DNA from: an uncultured Bacillota bacterium
GTDB lineage: Bacteria; Bacillota_I; Bacilli_A; Erysipelotrichales; Erysipelotrichaceae
NCBI GenBank assembly: GCA_949290085.1
Contig: CASEQH010000052.1
Location: 9,746-73,745, forward strand
Length of the DNA stretch: 64,000 bases
Reading direction: 5' to 3'
In this document: piece by piece, positions 1 to 10,239 of the stretch
How positions within the stretch are numbered: the stretch's first letter is position 1
How the letters are laid out: each line of letters starts with the position of its first letter
The notes under the pieces: generated by a model
The model's database searches: none
Told to the model about the DNA's origin: nothing
Seen by the model: the letters and a program-made list of their open reading frames with translations, nothing else
Position numbers and translations under genes: made by a program

Positions 1-1
1 A

Positions 2-2668
2 ATCGAAGTGACGAGAAGAATATATAGTACTGAACAAGATGCCGAATATTTAATCAATAAGAAAAATGTTCGTCTAAAAGATGTAATTGATTTATTCTTA
101 GATTCAGGTCTTGGAAAAGATTCATTGTCGATGATAACACAAGGTAGTATATCTTCATTCGCTGAAGCTAAACCTTATGAGCGAAGAGCGATATTTGAAG
201 AAGCTGCCGGTGTCAGCAAGTATAAGAAAAGAAAAATAGAATCTATCAATCACTTAGAGCGCACCAGATTAAACTTGGAGCGTACTTTTGATATTCTTAA
301 TGAATTAGAAAAACAAGTTGGCCCTTTAAAAAGACAAGCTAAAAAGGCTGAATTATATAAAGAGAAAAAAGCACGACTTGAAGAGATAGAAATAGCTGTC
401 TTAGTCGATGAGATTAAACATTTCGAGGAAGAAAAAGATAATTTAGATAAGACTATTTTCGCTTTAGAAAATGATATTACACTTCATGAAGGAACAATAG
501 AAATACAAGAAACAGCGAATATCAATGATAAGCAAGAGATGCGCGCTTATGATAAGGATATAAACGAATTACAAGATAAGCACTTCAAAATAGTCAACGA
601 AATTCAAACCTTAGAGAAAAGAAAAGTTGAAATAGAGGAAAAACAAAAATATACCATTGAGATGGGTAATGATGAACAAAGAGTCAAAGCTCTTAAGCAG
701 ATGTTAGAAGAGGCAGAATATGAATATAATGACCGTCATCAAAGATTAGAAAAGTTCAATGCCCAATTAGATATTAATCGTCATGAATTGCAAGAAGTAG
801 CTATTAAATTGACTGATGCCTCATTCAAGAAAGAAGAATATAACGGCAAATTAAGAAAACTAGAAAATCGCCTAGAGGTCTTAGAAAATCTGATTAAAGA
901 CCCTTTTTCTATGCGTTCACAATCTGGCGTCAAATCGATAGTTAACAATAAAGATTCCTTAAAAGGCATCATGGGTGTTATAGGCCAAGTGATACATCCT
1001 GTCAAAAATTATGAACAGGCCATCTCTACAGCACTTGCATCATCTGTCTATCACATCGTCACCACTAATGAAGAAAGCGCTAGAAATGCGATATATTTCT
1101 TGAGAAAGAATCAATCTGGTAAAGCTACATTCTTACCGATAACTGTTTTGAAAGATCGCCACTTAAACAATGAACATCAAGTCATATGTGAAAATACTAA
1201 AGGTTTTCTAGGAACAGCGAATGAATTTGTGGAATGTGCTAAAGAATATGATATTGTCGTAAATTCACTTTTAGGCAATGTAATTGTCTCGGACAATCTT
1301 GAAAATGCCAACAAGTTAAGCTCGCTTCTTCATCATGGCTATAAGATAGTTACTTTAGATGGAGATGTCATCCATAGGGGTGGTTCAATGTCTGGCGGAT
1401 ATATTAAAAATGAGACATCTATCATTACTGCTTCTAGTGAAATAAGTGAAGTCAAAGAGAATATTCTCTCATTCAAGGCTAAACAAGAACTTGCTTTAAA
1501 GGAATATAATAACTTAGTCAATCAAAAAGAAAATATTGAAAGAGAATTAACGGAAAATAGAATAGCTATTGCTCAACTAGAACCAGTTGTCGATGTTAAA
1601 CGATCAAAATACGAAAAGCTAAAGAGTGATTATGAAGCTATTGTTCCTAAAAGTTTTAAAGCCGAGGAACAAAAGAGTGATAGCTTCTTCGATTCCTTAT
1701 TGACTAGATTATCTAAAGCCTATTCGGATAGAGATGAGATATCTAATAGTCTAAAAGCTAAAAGAGATTTAAGACAAAAGATATCTAATGAAGTCGAACA
1801 CAAGGAACAACACATTCGTCAATTAAGAGCGAAAGTCAACGAATTCAATGTGGAATTAAGAAAGGCTAGCTCTCAAGAATCAGCAATAAAAACTAAGCTT
1901 GAGACAAATCTCAATAGACTCGCAAGTGAGTATCAAATGACTTATGAATACGCTAAGGAAAATTATAATATTCCTATTAATGAGTATGCTAGAGATGAAG
2001 TTAATGACCTTAGAAAAGAGATTAGTTCTCTAGGCAATATCAATATGAATGCTCCTGAAGAATATGCTGAGATATCTGAGCGCTATGAATTTACCAAGAA
2101 GAACTATGATGATTTAATAGCTTCTAGAGATAAGATATTAGGTGCTATCGATGAGATGGACAAAATCATGAAGAAGCAATTTCTAGAGACCTTTAATGCC
2201 ATCAATGCAGAATTAAACAATACTTTTAAGGCTCTGTTTGGTGGTGGAAAGGCTAAATTAGTCTTAGAAGATGAAGATGATATCTTGGAGACAGGTATCG
2301 ACATCGATGTACAACCACCAGGTAAGTCAGTAAAATCAATACGTCTATTCTCAGGTGGTGAAAAGACCTTAATCGCTATCTGTGTATTATTCACAATATT
2401 GAAGATTAGACCTGTACCTCTAATTGTCTTTGATGAAGTTGAAGCAGCTTTAGACCAAGCAAATGTCGAAAGATTTGCTAAATATGTAAAATCATTTGGT
2501 GATGACAGTCAATTCATCATCATCACTCATAGGCCAGGAACTATGGCCCAATGTGATGTATTATATGGTGTCACTATGCAAAATAGAGGTGTATCGCAAA
2601 TGTTGAAGGTCAAACTAGTTGATGCGATAGAAATGGCTGAAAAGGAGGAAACTAATGGGCTTTCTTGA
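2..2668 (+). CDS. smc: Chromosome segregation protein SMC (5' end cut by window edge, about 95 N-terminal residues missing)
   Basis: Frame is open to nt 2. The translation starts inside the conserved ...TRRxY...LINxxxxRLKDIxDLFxDSGLG block. It has long coiled coils, a hinge, the C-terminal signature LFSGGEKTL and Walker B VFDEVEAALD. Confidence 0.95.
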   Translation: MEVTRRIYSTEQDAEYLINKKNVRLKDVIDLFLDSGLGKDSLSMITQGSISSFAEAKPYERRAIFEEAAGVSKYKKRKIESINHLERTRLNLERTFDILNELEKQVGPLKRQAKKAELYKEKKARLEEIEIAVLVDEIKHFEEEKDNLDKTIFALENDITLHEGTIEIQETANINDKQEMRAYDKDINELQDKHFKIVNEIQTLEKRKVEIEEKQKYTIEMGNDEQRVKALKQMLEEAEYEYNDRHQRLEKFNAQLDINRHELQEVAIKLTDASFKKEEYNGKLRKLENRLEVLENLIKDPFSMRSQSGVKSIVNNKDSLKGIMGVIGQVIHPVKNYEQAISTALASSVYHIVTTNEESARNAIYFLRKNQSGKATFLPITVLKDRHLNNEHQVICENTKGFLGTANEFVECAKEYDIVVNSLLGNVIVSDNLENANKLSSLLHHGYKIVTLDGDVIHRGGSMSGGYIKNETSIITASSEISEVKENILSFKAKQELALKEYNNLVNQKENIERELTENRIAIAQLEPVVDVKRSKYEKLKSDYEAIVPKSFKAEEQKSDSFFDSLLTRLSKAYSDRDEISNSLKAKRDLRQKISNEVEHKEQHIRQLRAKVNEFNVELRKASSQESAIKTKLETNLNRLASEYQMTYEYAKENYNIPINEYARDEVNDLRKEISSLGNINMNAPEEYAEISERYEFTKKNYDDLIASRDKILGAIDEMDKIMKKQFLETFNAINAELNNTFKALFGGGKAKLVLEDEDDILETGIDIDVQPPGKSVKSIRLFSGGEKTLIAICVLFTILKIRPVPLIVFDEVEAALDQANVERFAKYVKSFGDDSQFIIITHRPGTMAQCDVLYGVTMQNRGVSQMLKVKLVDAIEMAEKEETNGLS

Positions 2669-3623
2669 TAACTTAAAAGCGAAATTTAGTAAGAGTAAAG
2701 ACCAAGATAAATATCTTAGTGGTTTTGCCAAAACGAGCAGTGCCTTAGGTAGTAAATTAAAATATATAACCGATGAAGGGAAGATGAACGCCGATGACTT
2801 TCTAGAAAAGTTGATGGTTACTCTCATCGAATGTGATTTAGGATATCAGACATCACAAAAAATAACTGACAGATTCTTTGAATATACAAGAGATTATCCA
2901 GTTTTATTGAAGCGTGATCTGATGAATATGCTAACTGAGACCATGGCTAATATCTATAATGAAAAACCTGATGGTGAAATTAAATATAACGAAAATGGTC
3001 CAACAGTCATCTTAATGGTAGGCGTCAATGGTTCAGGTAAGACTTCAACCATCGCAAAATTGGCTAAGATGTATAAAGATGAAGGAAAGAAAGTCTGTCT
3101 GGTAGCAGCTGACACCTTTAGAGCAGGGGCAGTAGAACAACTAAGACAGTGGTCACTCAAAATTGATGTCGACTTTGTGGGTGGTGAAGAAAATAGAGAT
3201 CCTAGCTCTGTTCTTGTTGACGGCTTAAGAAGGGCTAAGGAATTAGGTTCGGATATCGTTCTTTGTGATACGGCAGGCCGTTTACAAAATAAAGCTAACT
3301 TAATGGCTGAATTAGCTAAGATGAAAAGGGTTCTAGCTCGAGAAATTGAAGGTGCTCCCCACAATACTTGGCTGGTCCTAGATGCTAACACGGGTCAAAA
3401 TGGTATGTCACAAGCCATGTTATTTAATGAGGTGACGGACTTAGATGGTATTATTCTCACTAAGATGGACGGCACTTCAAAAGGTGGTATTGTCATCGCA
3501 ATCAAGGATGTGGTTGGCATTCCTGTCCGCTATATAACTTTTGGTGAGACGATGGATGATATTAAGGCTTTCGACCTCGACTTATATCTCTATAGCATCA
3601 TAGGTTCACTAAATGAAAATTGA
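2655..3623 (+). CDS. ftsY: Signal recognition particle receptor FtsY
   Basis: SRP GTPase motifs GVNGSGKTST, DTAGR and TKMDG. It overlaps the smc stop by 14 nt, matching the classic smc-ftsY order. Confidence 0.95.
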   Translation: MGFLDNLKAKFSKSKDQDKYLSGFAKTSSALGSKLKYITDEGKMNADDFLEKLMVTLIECDLGYQTSQKITDRFFEYTRDYPVLLKRDLMNMLTETMANIYNEKPDGEIKYNENGPTVILMVGVNGSGKTSTIAKLAKMYKDEGKKVCLVAADTFRAGAVEQLRQWSLKIDVDFVGGEENRDPSSVLVDGLRRAKELGSDIVLCDTAGRLQNKANLMAELAKMKRVLAREIEGAPHNTWLVLDANTGQNGMSQAMLFNEVTDLDGIILTKMDGTSKGGIVIAIKDVVGIPVRYITFGETMDDIKAFDLDLYLYSIIGSLNEN

Positions 3624-3930
3624 TGAAAGATTTAAAGCTATCTCTCTAATTGATTACTATGGTTCATTATTAACCGAACATCAATTAGAAGTCTTGAAAG
3701 ACTACTACTACAATGACTTTTCCATGATAGAGATAGCAGAGAACTACAAAGTATCTAAAAGTGCTATATCTGATTTAATCAAAAGGTCTATCAACCAATT
3801 AAATGACTACGAAGATAAATTAAATCTTATACAATTAGCTAAAAAAAGAGAAACAATTTTAGGCGAATTATCTAAGATAGAAGATGAAAGAGTAATTACT
3901 TTAATAAATAAACTAAGAGATTTAGAATAG
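3613..3930 (+). CDS. ylxM: YlxM/p13-like HTH protein (UPF0122)
   Basis: 105 aa. The N-terminus ...ISLIDYYGSLLTEHQLEVLKDYYYNDFSMIEIAE..VSKSAISDLIKR is typical of the sigma-70 region-4-like YlxM family. Confidence 0.85.
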   Translation: MKIDERFKAISLIDYYGSLLTEHQLEVLKDYYYNDFSMIEIAENYKVSKSAISDLIKRSINQLNDYEDKLNLIQLAKKRETILGELSKIEDERVITLINKLRDLE

Positions 3931-3940
3931 GAGGAAAACT

Positions 3941-5134
3941 ATGACAAAAGTAATTTCAGTTAATTCTGGCAGTTCTTCATTAAAATTCCAATTATTCCAG
4001 ATGCCTGAAGAAATAGTGCTAGCTTCAGGGCAGGCTGAGAGAATAGGCTTGCCGATGGGAGTTTTCACCATCAAAATCAATGATGAAAAAACTTCTATCG
4101 AGACACCTATCCCAAATCACAACGTAGCTGTAAAGTTTTTATTAGAAGCCTTAGTATCACACAATATTGTTAAGAGTCTAGATGAAATAGAAGCAGCCGG
4201 ACATCGCATTGTGCAAGGTGGCGCTTATTTTGACCAATCAGTAAAAGTAGATGAGGATGTCATCGCTAAAGTTGATGAATTATGTGAATTAGCACCATTG
4301 CACAATCCTGCTCATCTGGTATGTTACAGAGCATTTAAGGAAGCTTTGCCAAATATTGAACACGTCTTTGTTTTTGATACAGCCTTTCATCAAACGATGG
4401 GACCTGAATCATATCTATTCCCTGTACCATATGAATGGTATACCGATTATAAGATTAGAAGATATGGAGCTCACGGTACATCTCATCAATATGTTTCTCA
4501 AAGAGTTGCTGAATTGATGCATAAAGATATCAATGATATGAATATCATCACTTGCCATCTAGGTAATGGTGCTTCTATCTCAGCTATCAGAAATGGCAAA
4601 TGTATAAATACATCTATGGGACTAACACCGCTAGGTGGTATTATGATGGGTTCAAGATCTGGTGATATCGATCCAACTGTCGTATTCTATATGATGAAAA
4701 AATTAGCTTGCACTCCTGATGAAATGGATGTATACCTAAATAAGAAATCAGGTATGCTAGGAGTTTCTGGTATTTCCAGTGATGCTAGAGATGTCCAAAA
4801 GGCTGCTAAAGAGGGTGATGAAAGAGCTAAACTTACAATAGATTTATACATCAATCGTGTAATAAATGTCGTAGGTGGTTACTATATGCAATTAGGTCAT
4901 GTCGATGCAATGGTATTTACAGCCGGTCTTGGTGAAAATGATATTAAGATGAGAGCTGATATCTTAGATGCTCTAAAAGAGGGCATGCATCTATCAATTA
5001 ACTACGACGCAAATAGTAATGTAAATGGAGAGACTTGTATCTCTAATGAAGATTCTAGTGTTGCAGTATGGGTTATTCCAACTAATGAAGAACTTGTCAT
5101 CGCTAGAGATACTACAAGAATTTTAGGATTATAA
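3941..5134 (+). CDS. ackA: Acetate kinase
   Basis: 397 aa. N-terminal VNSGSSSLKFQLF, plus RRYGAHGTSH and the C-terminal IPTNEELVIARDT. SD GGAGGAAAA lies upstream. Confidence 0.95.
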   Translation: MTKVISVNSGSSSLKFQLFQMPEEIVLASGQAERIGLPMGVFTIKINDEKTSIETPIPNHNVAVKFLLEALVSHNIVKSLDEIEAAGHRIVQGGAYFDQSVKVDEDVIAKVDELCELAPLHNPAHLVCYRAFKEALPNIEHVFVFDTAFHQTMGPESYLFPVPYEWYTDYKIRRYGAHGTSHQYVSQRVAELMHKDINDMNIITCHLGNGASISAIRNGKCINTSMGLTPLGGIMMGSRSGDIDPTVVFYMMKKLACTPDEMDVYLNKKSGMLGVSGISSDARDVQKAAKEGDERAKLTIDLYINRVINVVGGYYMQLGHVDAMVFTAGLGENDIKMRADILDALKEGMHLSINYDANSNVNGETCISNEDSSVAVWVIPTNEELVIARDTTRILGL

Positions 5135-5148
5135 GGAAGTGTTAATTT

Positions 5149-6096
5149 ATGTTTACTAAATTTTCTAAGCCAATTATCGAAAACGAAAATATTACTATCT
5201 TTCGTCACCAACAACCAGATGGTGACGCTGTATGTTCACAATTAGCTCTAAAAGCTTGGATTGAAAAAAACTTTAGAAATAAGACGGTTAAAGTAGTTGG
5301 TAATGATTTATTTGATGTGTATCCCATCCATGATGAAGTAGATGATGAATTTATCAAATCTTCATTAGCTATTGTTTTGGATACAGCGACATCAGCCAGG
5401 GTAGATGACCAAAGATTTAAAATGGCTAAAACAGTCATGAAGATTGACCACCATATTCCTGTTGAAGAATTTGGTGAAATCAATATAACTAATCCAAAAG
5501 CTGCAGCAACAGCTGAATTATTGACATTTTTATTCTTAGATGGCGATGTGATAGGCTATCGTGTCAATGAAGAATGTGCTCAGTATCTATATGCTGGTAT
5601 ATTATATGATACACAATCATTTACAACCACTAGCACCAGTCAATGGACTTTAAATGCTGCAAGTGAATTAGCTCAAACAGGTATCGATATCAATAAGATT
5701 TCGCGTAGTGTTTTAGAAAAGGACTTAAGCACTTTTGAAAAAATTACTAAATTCCGTCAATTATTTAAGGCGGAAGATGGACTGGGATATATCATTCTGA
5801 ATAAAGAGGATCTAGCTCAACAAAATCTAACTGTTCGTCAAGCTAAAGATATGATATCTGAGTTCAACAATATTAAAGAAGTTAAGATTTGCTTAGTTGC
5901 AGCTCAAGGTGAAAATGGATGCTATCAGGCATCTATTCGTTCAAAAATAAATTATCCCGTTAATGAAATCGCCAATAAGTTTAACGGTGGTGGACACGCC
6001 AATGCAGTTGGCATTAAAGAGCTAGATGAGGGCAAGCTTAAAGACTTGTATAAAGAGCTCTTAGCTTACATTAAAAGAATTGATAATAATCAGTAA
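5149..6096 (+). CDS. DHH/DHHA1 family phosphoesterase (NrnA-like oligoribonuclease/pAp phosphatase)
   Basis: HQQPDGDA, DTA, the DHH motif (KIDHHIP) and the DHHA1 GGGH motif are present. 315 aa. Confidence 0.8.
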   Translation: MFTKFSKPIIENENITIFRHQQPDGDAVCSQLALKAWIEKNFRNKTVKVVGNDLFDVYPIHDEVDDEFIKSSLAIVLDTATSARVDDQRFKMAKTVMKIDHHIPVEEFGEINITNPKAAATAELLTFLFLDGDVIGYRVNEECAQYLYAGILYDTQSFTTTSTSQWTLNAASELAQTGIDINKISRSVLEKDLSTFEKITKFRQLFKAEDGLGYIILNKEDLAQQNLTVRQAKDMISEFNNIKEVKICLVAAQGENGCYQASIRSKINYPVNEIANKFNGGGHANAVGIKELDEGKLKDLYKELLAYIKRIDNNQ

Positions 6097-6108
6097 AAAA
6101 GATATAAT
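6080..6108 (+). promoter_or_regulatory. Sigma-70 type promoter of hup (TTGATA-17 nt-TATAAT)
   Basis: TTGATA at 6080-6085, a 17-nt spacer, then TATAAT at 6103-6108. SD AGGAGG follows before the ATG at 6132. Confidence 0.55.
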
Positions 6109-6131
6109 CTATACAGGAGGAATTTTTAAAA

Positions 6132-6413
6132 ATGGAAACACTTAATAAAAAAGCATTAGCTGAAATTATTTCTGAAAAGACTGGTGTAACAAAAAAAGCA
6201 GCAAATGAAACAATCAATCTATTTCTAGAAACAATTGCTGATACATTAAAGAATGGAGGAAAAGTTGATTTAACTGGATTCGGTAAATTCGAAGTTAAAG
6301 AACGTAGTGCTCGCACTGGTATCAATCCAGCAACTAAAGAGACTATTGAAATTCCAGCAACTAAGATTCCAAGTTTCAAGGCATCTAAAACTCTTAAAGA
6401 TTTAGTTAAATAA
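6132..6413 (+). CDS. hup: DNA-binding protein HU
   Basis: 93 aa. MNKKxL...GFGxFEVxERxARxGxNPxT...IPAxKxPxFKAxKxLKDxV is the canonical HU pattern. Confidence 0.95.
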   Translation: METLNKKALAEIISEKTGVTKKAANETINLFLETIADTLKNGGKVDLTGFGKFEVKERSARTGINPATKETIEIPATKIPSFKASKTLKDLVK

Positions 6414-6424
6414 GTTTAGTTATT

Positions 6425-6450
6425 AGCTCTCAATTATGAGAGCTTTTTTA
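6425..6450 (+). terminator. Rho-independent terminator of hup
   Basis: 8-bp stem AGCTCTCA/TGAGAGCT with loop ATTA, followed by TTTTTT. Confidence 0.8.
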
Positions 6451-6460
6451 TTAATCTAAT

Positions 6461-6488
6461 ATAAAAAGCATACTTACTACGTATGCTT
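6461..6488 (-). terminator. Rho-independent terminator of the nusB...deoB operon
   Basis: Stem AAGCATAC/GTATGCTT (6466-6473 and 6481-6488). On the minus strand it is followed by TTTTTAT. Confidence 0.7.
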
Positions 6489-6531
6489 ATCTATATATCA
6501 TTAATTTCGCATAATCTATATTATGTAATTT

Positions 6532-7716
6532 TTAGATTAACTTATCCTTATAAGATGTGCCAATATCTGTCTTAGCCACATTAAAGTATTCAGCAATAGT
6601 AGCTCCGATATTGGCGAAGCTAGTGCCTTGTGGCAAGATGCCTGAACCCTTATAAGTTTTAGAATAAATTAATAGTGGGATCATCTCTCTTGTATGGTCA
6701 CTGCCAATCCAAGTTGGATCGTTGCCATGGTCAGCAGTAATCATCAAGATATCATCTTCATGTAATACTGATAGTAATTCAGCTAATTTCTCATCAAAGG
6801 CTACTAATTCCTTAGCATATCCTTCGGGATTACGACGGTGCCCCCACTTCGCATCAAAGTCTACTAAATTGACAAAGCATAAGCCATTAAAATCTTCTTT
6901 AGCTACTTCGATGGTCTGTTCCATGCCCTGTACACTAGACTTTGATTTAATCGCTCTAGTAATACCTTTAGTATTAAATATGTCATTGATCTTGCCAATG
7001 CTTATAACATCATAATTAGCTTCTTTTAAGTTGTCTAAGATAGTTCTATCTGTTGGATCTAGAGCATAGTCATGACGATTGCTGGTTCTTTCAAAATTGT
7101 CTTTGCTTATACCTATAAATGGTCTAGCGATAACACGGCCTACTAGCCATTCTGGTTTCATAGTTATTTCTCTAGCGATTTGACATGTTCTATAGATTTC
7201 ATCTAATCCAAATAATTCTTCATGAGCTGCAATCTGTAGTACTGAATCAGCAGAGGTATAAATTATCATCTCTTTAGTTTCCAATTGTCTTTCCCCTAAT
7301 TCTTTAATGATTTCAGTACCGGAAGCACTATAATTGCCAATGAACTTATGACCTGTCTTAGCTTCTAATTCATCTATTAATTCTTGGGGGAATCCAGTGT
7401 CTGTAAAAGTGATAAATGGCTTAGTAGTCAAGACACCCATAATCTCCCAATGCCCTGTCATCGTATCTTTGCCTGTAGATTGTTCTTTAAGCTTAGTAAT
7501 ATATGAATTAAAAGGCATTATAGCGGGATTTCCCTCAACTGGTGTCAAATTACACATGCCTAGCTTTTGTAAGTTAGGAATCTTATATTGGCCTTTAGTA
7601 GCTTCGAAGATATGTCCTAAAGTATTAGCTCCATCATCACCATATGCAGCACTACTCTCATCACTGCCAACACCTAACGAATCAATTACAATTAAGAATA
7701 TGCGTTTATTTTCCAT
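6532..7716 (-). CDS. deoB: Phosphopentomutase
   Basis: 394 aa. VIDSLGVG near the N-terminus, [10 protein letters not shown] near the C-terminus, and full-length resemblance to DeoB/Drm. Confidence 0.95.
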   Translation of the reverse strand: MENKRIFLIVIDSLGVGSDESSAAYGDDGANTLGHIFEATKGQYKIPNLQKLGMCNLTPVEGNPAIMPFNSYITKLKEQSTGKDTMTGHWEIMGVLTTKPFITFTDTGFPQELIDELEAKTGHKFIGNYSASGTEIIKELGERQLETKEMIIYTSADSVLQIAAHEELFGLDEIYRTCQIAREITMKPEWLVGRVIARPFIGISKDNFERTSNRHDYALDPTDRTILDNLKEANYDVISIGKINDIFNTKGITRAIKSKSSVQGMEQTIEVAKEDFNGLCFVNLVDFDAKWGHRRNPEGYAKELVAFDEKLAELLSVLHEDDILMITADHGNDPTWIGSDHTREMIPLLIYSKTYKGSGILPQGTSFANIGATIAEYFNVAKTDIGTSYKDKLI

Positions 7717-8608
7717 TTTGATCTCCCTTTTTAGCCAATGGATGGCAATTGATATATGTATCTTTTAAATGACTATTTTCAATATGGGTATATATCTCCG
7801 TCGTTGATATCGAGCTGTGTCCTAAGAGTTCCTGTATAACTCTTAAATCAGCCCCTCCTTCTAATAGATGCGTAGCATAAGAATGACGCAATTTATGAGG
7901 CGTGATATCTTTTTTGATATTTAATTCTAGTCGTTTAGATTTTAACATATTTTCAACATATTGCCGATAAATATGATTAGACTTCGAATTGATGAAGAAG
8001 TAGTTACTAGGCTTTTTAAGCCACATAGAACGAACTTTGAGATATTCCTTCATCATCTTGAGTGTTCGATAAGGAATAGGTATAAGTCTTTCCTTATCAC
8101 CCTTTCCTAGCACCTTGATAAAACCATCATTTAGATTTACTTGACTATACATCAAGTCACAACATTCGCTGACTCTTAGTCCACAACCATAGATAGTTTC
8201 AAGTAAGGCATGATCAAGAATGCTTTTAGGATCTTCGCCAAAAGAATTCATCAATAGTTCCACTTCTTCTAAAGTGCAATATATCGGTAAGTGGCTATCT
8301 TTTCTGGCACTATGGATATTCTTAGATACATCTTTGATATCATATTTAAAATATAGATAGTTATGAAAGACACTAATCGCTGACTTCATTCTATTGATTG
8401 AACTTCCTTTTTTAATATCGATTAAAGAATCAATAAAATTATTGATATCTCTAGTTTTGACATCTTCTATGTTTTCAATATGATCGTTAAAGAGATAATC
8501 AAAATAGAGCTTTAAATCTTGCTTATAAGAATTGACAGTTGATTCAGCCTTGCCACTTGAAATACTTAAATAGCGAAAGTAGTTATCAAAGGCATCCTTT
8601 ATTTGCAT
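7706..8608 (-). CDS. xerD: Tyrosine recombinase XerD/XerC family
   Basis: 300 aa. Catalytic blocks [18 protein letters not shown] and [13 protein letters not shown]. It sits beside deoB as ripX/xerD does in Bacillus. The XerC versus XerD assignment is tentative. Confidence 0.8.
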   Translation of the reverse strand: MQIKDAFDNYFRYLSISSGKAESTVNSYKQDLKLYFDYLFNDHIENIEDVKTRDINNFIDSLIDIKKGSSINRMKSAISVFHNYLYFKYDIKDVSKNIHSARKDSHLPIYCTLEEVELLMNSFGEDPKSILDHALLETIYGCGLRVSECCDLMYSQVNLNDGFIKVLGKGDKERLIPIPYRTLKMMKEYLKVRSMWLKKPSNYFFINSKSNHIYRQYVENMLKSKRLELNIKKDITPHKLRHSYATHLLEGGADLRVIQELLGHSSISTTEIYTHIENSHLKDTYINCHPLAKKGDQNGK

Positions 8609-10239
8609 GAATTAGCCCTCTCTATCAACTCTTGGGCAGCAGTCTTGGTCTGCCCATTGATGATTGAAGATGATATCATAGCTAGTTCAGAAATTATCTC
8701 TTCATCATTTAATTTCTTGATAGTCGTACTTGTAATACCATCACTGTCACTTTTATAGATATATAAATGATTATCTGCAAAAGCAGCTACTGGCGCTAAG
8801 TGAGTGATGGCAATGACCATGGTATCCTTTGCAATATCATGCATCTTCTTACCAACTGTAAAGGCCACTTTACCACTGACACCATTATCTATTTCATCAA
8901 AGACGACTAAAGAAGTATTGTTAAGACGCGTAAAGATAGTCTTAAGTCCTAACATCACTCTTGATATTTCTCCCCCACTAGCGACTTTATTTAGGGCTTT
9001 TAAGCTTTCACCAGCATTTAAAGAAATCATGAATTCAACATCATCAATACCATCAAAAGACATGTTCTTATCTTGAAAATCAATCTTGAATTGCACATTA
9101 GACAATAATAAATCATGAAGTTCTTTAATGACATTCTTTTCTAGCTGCAAAGCTTTTTCTTTACGTATCTTAGATAAATCCTTAGCTTTTTTAAAAGCCT
9201 TCTCTTTTAATTTCTCAATTATTTCTGTCTCTTTTTGAATATAATTTTCTCTATCTTCAAATTTATTAATCTTAATAATTAATTCAGCTTTTAATTCTAA
9301 GATGCCTTTGATATCAGTTTGATACTTACGTTTTAATCTATTTATTTCATATAGACGTTCTTCAATATGATTTATTTCTTCTTCCGATAAATCAAAACTT
9401 TCAAAAGTATTACTAACATTATTCATCTCATCTTCTAAAGAATAATATAAGTCATTGATAACATCATAAGATGATTTTAAAAGCTCATTATCAGCAATAG
9501 ACCTTCTAAGCTCATATAAGAGATCCTTAATTCCTCTATCATCATTATATAAAGATAAGGCCATTCTTACCCTCTCCATATCTTTCTTAAAGCTCTTATA
9601 ATACTTCTCTCTATTTAATAAATCTTCTTCTTCCTGTATGCTCAAATTGGCATTATTAATCTCCTCTAAAGAATATTTAAAGTAATCTAAGTCTCTTAGA
9701 TTAAAATCTTCTTCCAAGAAGGAATCAAATTCTTTTTTTCTTTTATCATAAACATTAAAAAGCTCATGATATTCTTCTAATATATCTCTATCTTCAGCAT
9801 AGATATCTAATAGACGTAAATGATTATTAGCATTTAAAAGATAGAAATTCTCCTTTTGGGAATGAATATCAATATCATCTTTAAATAATTTATTTAGAAA
9901 GTTTAAAGTTACGCTATTGTCATTTACAAAGATTGAATTTTTACCATCTTTGTTTATAACTCTTCTCACAATTAATTCATCATCAAAATCAATCGAAGCA
10001 TCGGTAAGTAGAGCAGCATATTTATCATTGATATCAAATATTCCTTCAATGACAGATTTATCTGAACCAGTCTTAACGACACTGGAATCAGCACGCTGAC
10101 CTGCTAGACATGACAAAGCTCCAACTATAATTGACTTACCAGCGCCCGTTTCACCAGTGAAGACATTAAAGCCTTTAGAGAATTCGATAGAAATATCTTT
10201 GATAATGGCATAATTCTTAATATTGAGTCTTTTAAGCAT
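8599..10239 (-). CDS. recN: DNA repair protein RecN
   Basis: Walker A GETGAGKS, a long coiled coil, signature ASGGEISR and Walker B VVFDEID. Confidence 0.95.
   Translation of the reverse strand: MLKRLNIKNYAIIKDISIEFSKGFNVFTGETGAGKSIIVGALSCLAGQRADSSVVKTGSDKSVIEGIFDINDKYAALLTDASIDFDDELIVRRVINKDGKNSIFVNDNSVTLNFLNKLFKDDIDIHSQKENFYLLNANNHLRLLDIYAEDRDILEEYHELFNVYDKRKKEFDSFLEEDFNLRDLDYFKYSLEEINNANLSIQEEEDLLNREKYYKSFKKDMERVRMALSLYNDDRGIKDLLYELRRSIADNELLKSSYDVINDLYYSLEDEMNNVSNTFESFDLSEEEINHIEERLYEINRLKRKYQTDIKGILELKAELIIKINKFEDRENYIQKETEIIEKLKEKAFKKAKDLSKIRKEKALQLEKNVIKELHDLLLSNVQFKIDFQDKNMSFDGIDDVEFMISLNAGESLKALNKVASGGEISRVMLGLKTIFTRLNNTSLVVFDEIDNGVSGKVAFTVGKKMHDIAKDTMVIAITHLAPVAAFADNHLYIYKSDSDGITSTTIKKLNDEEIISELAMISSSIINGQTKTAAQELIERANSCK

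Noticed and set aside
7706-8608. A tyrosine recombinase as a marker of a prophage or integrative island.
   Set aside because: It is embedded by overlapping stop and start codons in the conserved recN-xerD-deoB housekeeping context. It has XerC/D-type motifs, and there are no phage genes or att-like repeats around it.
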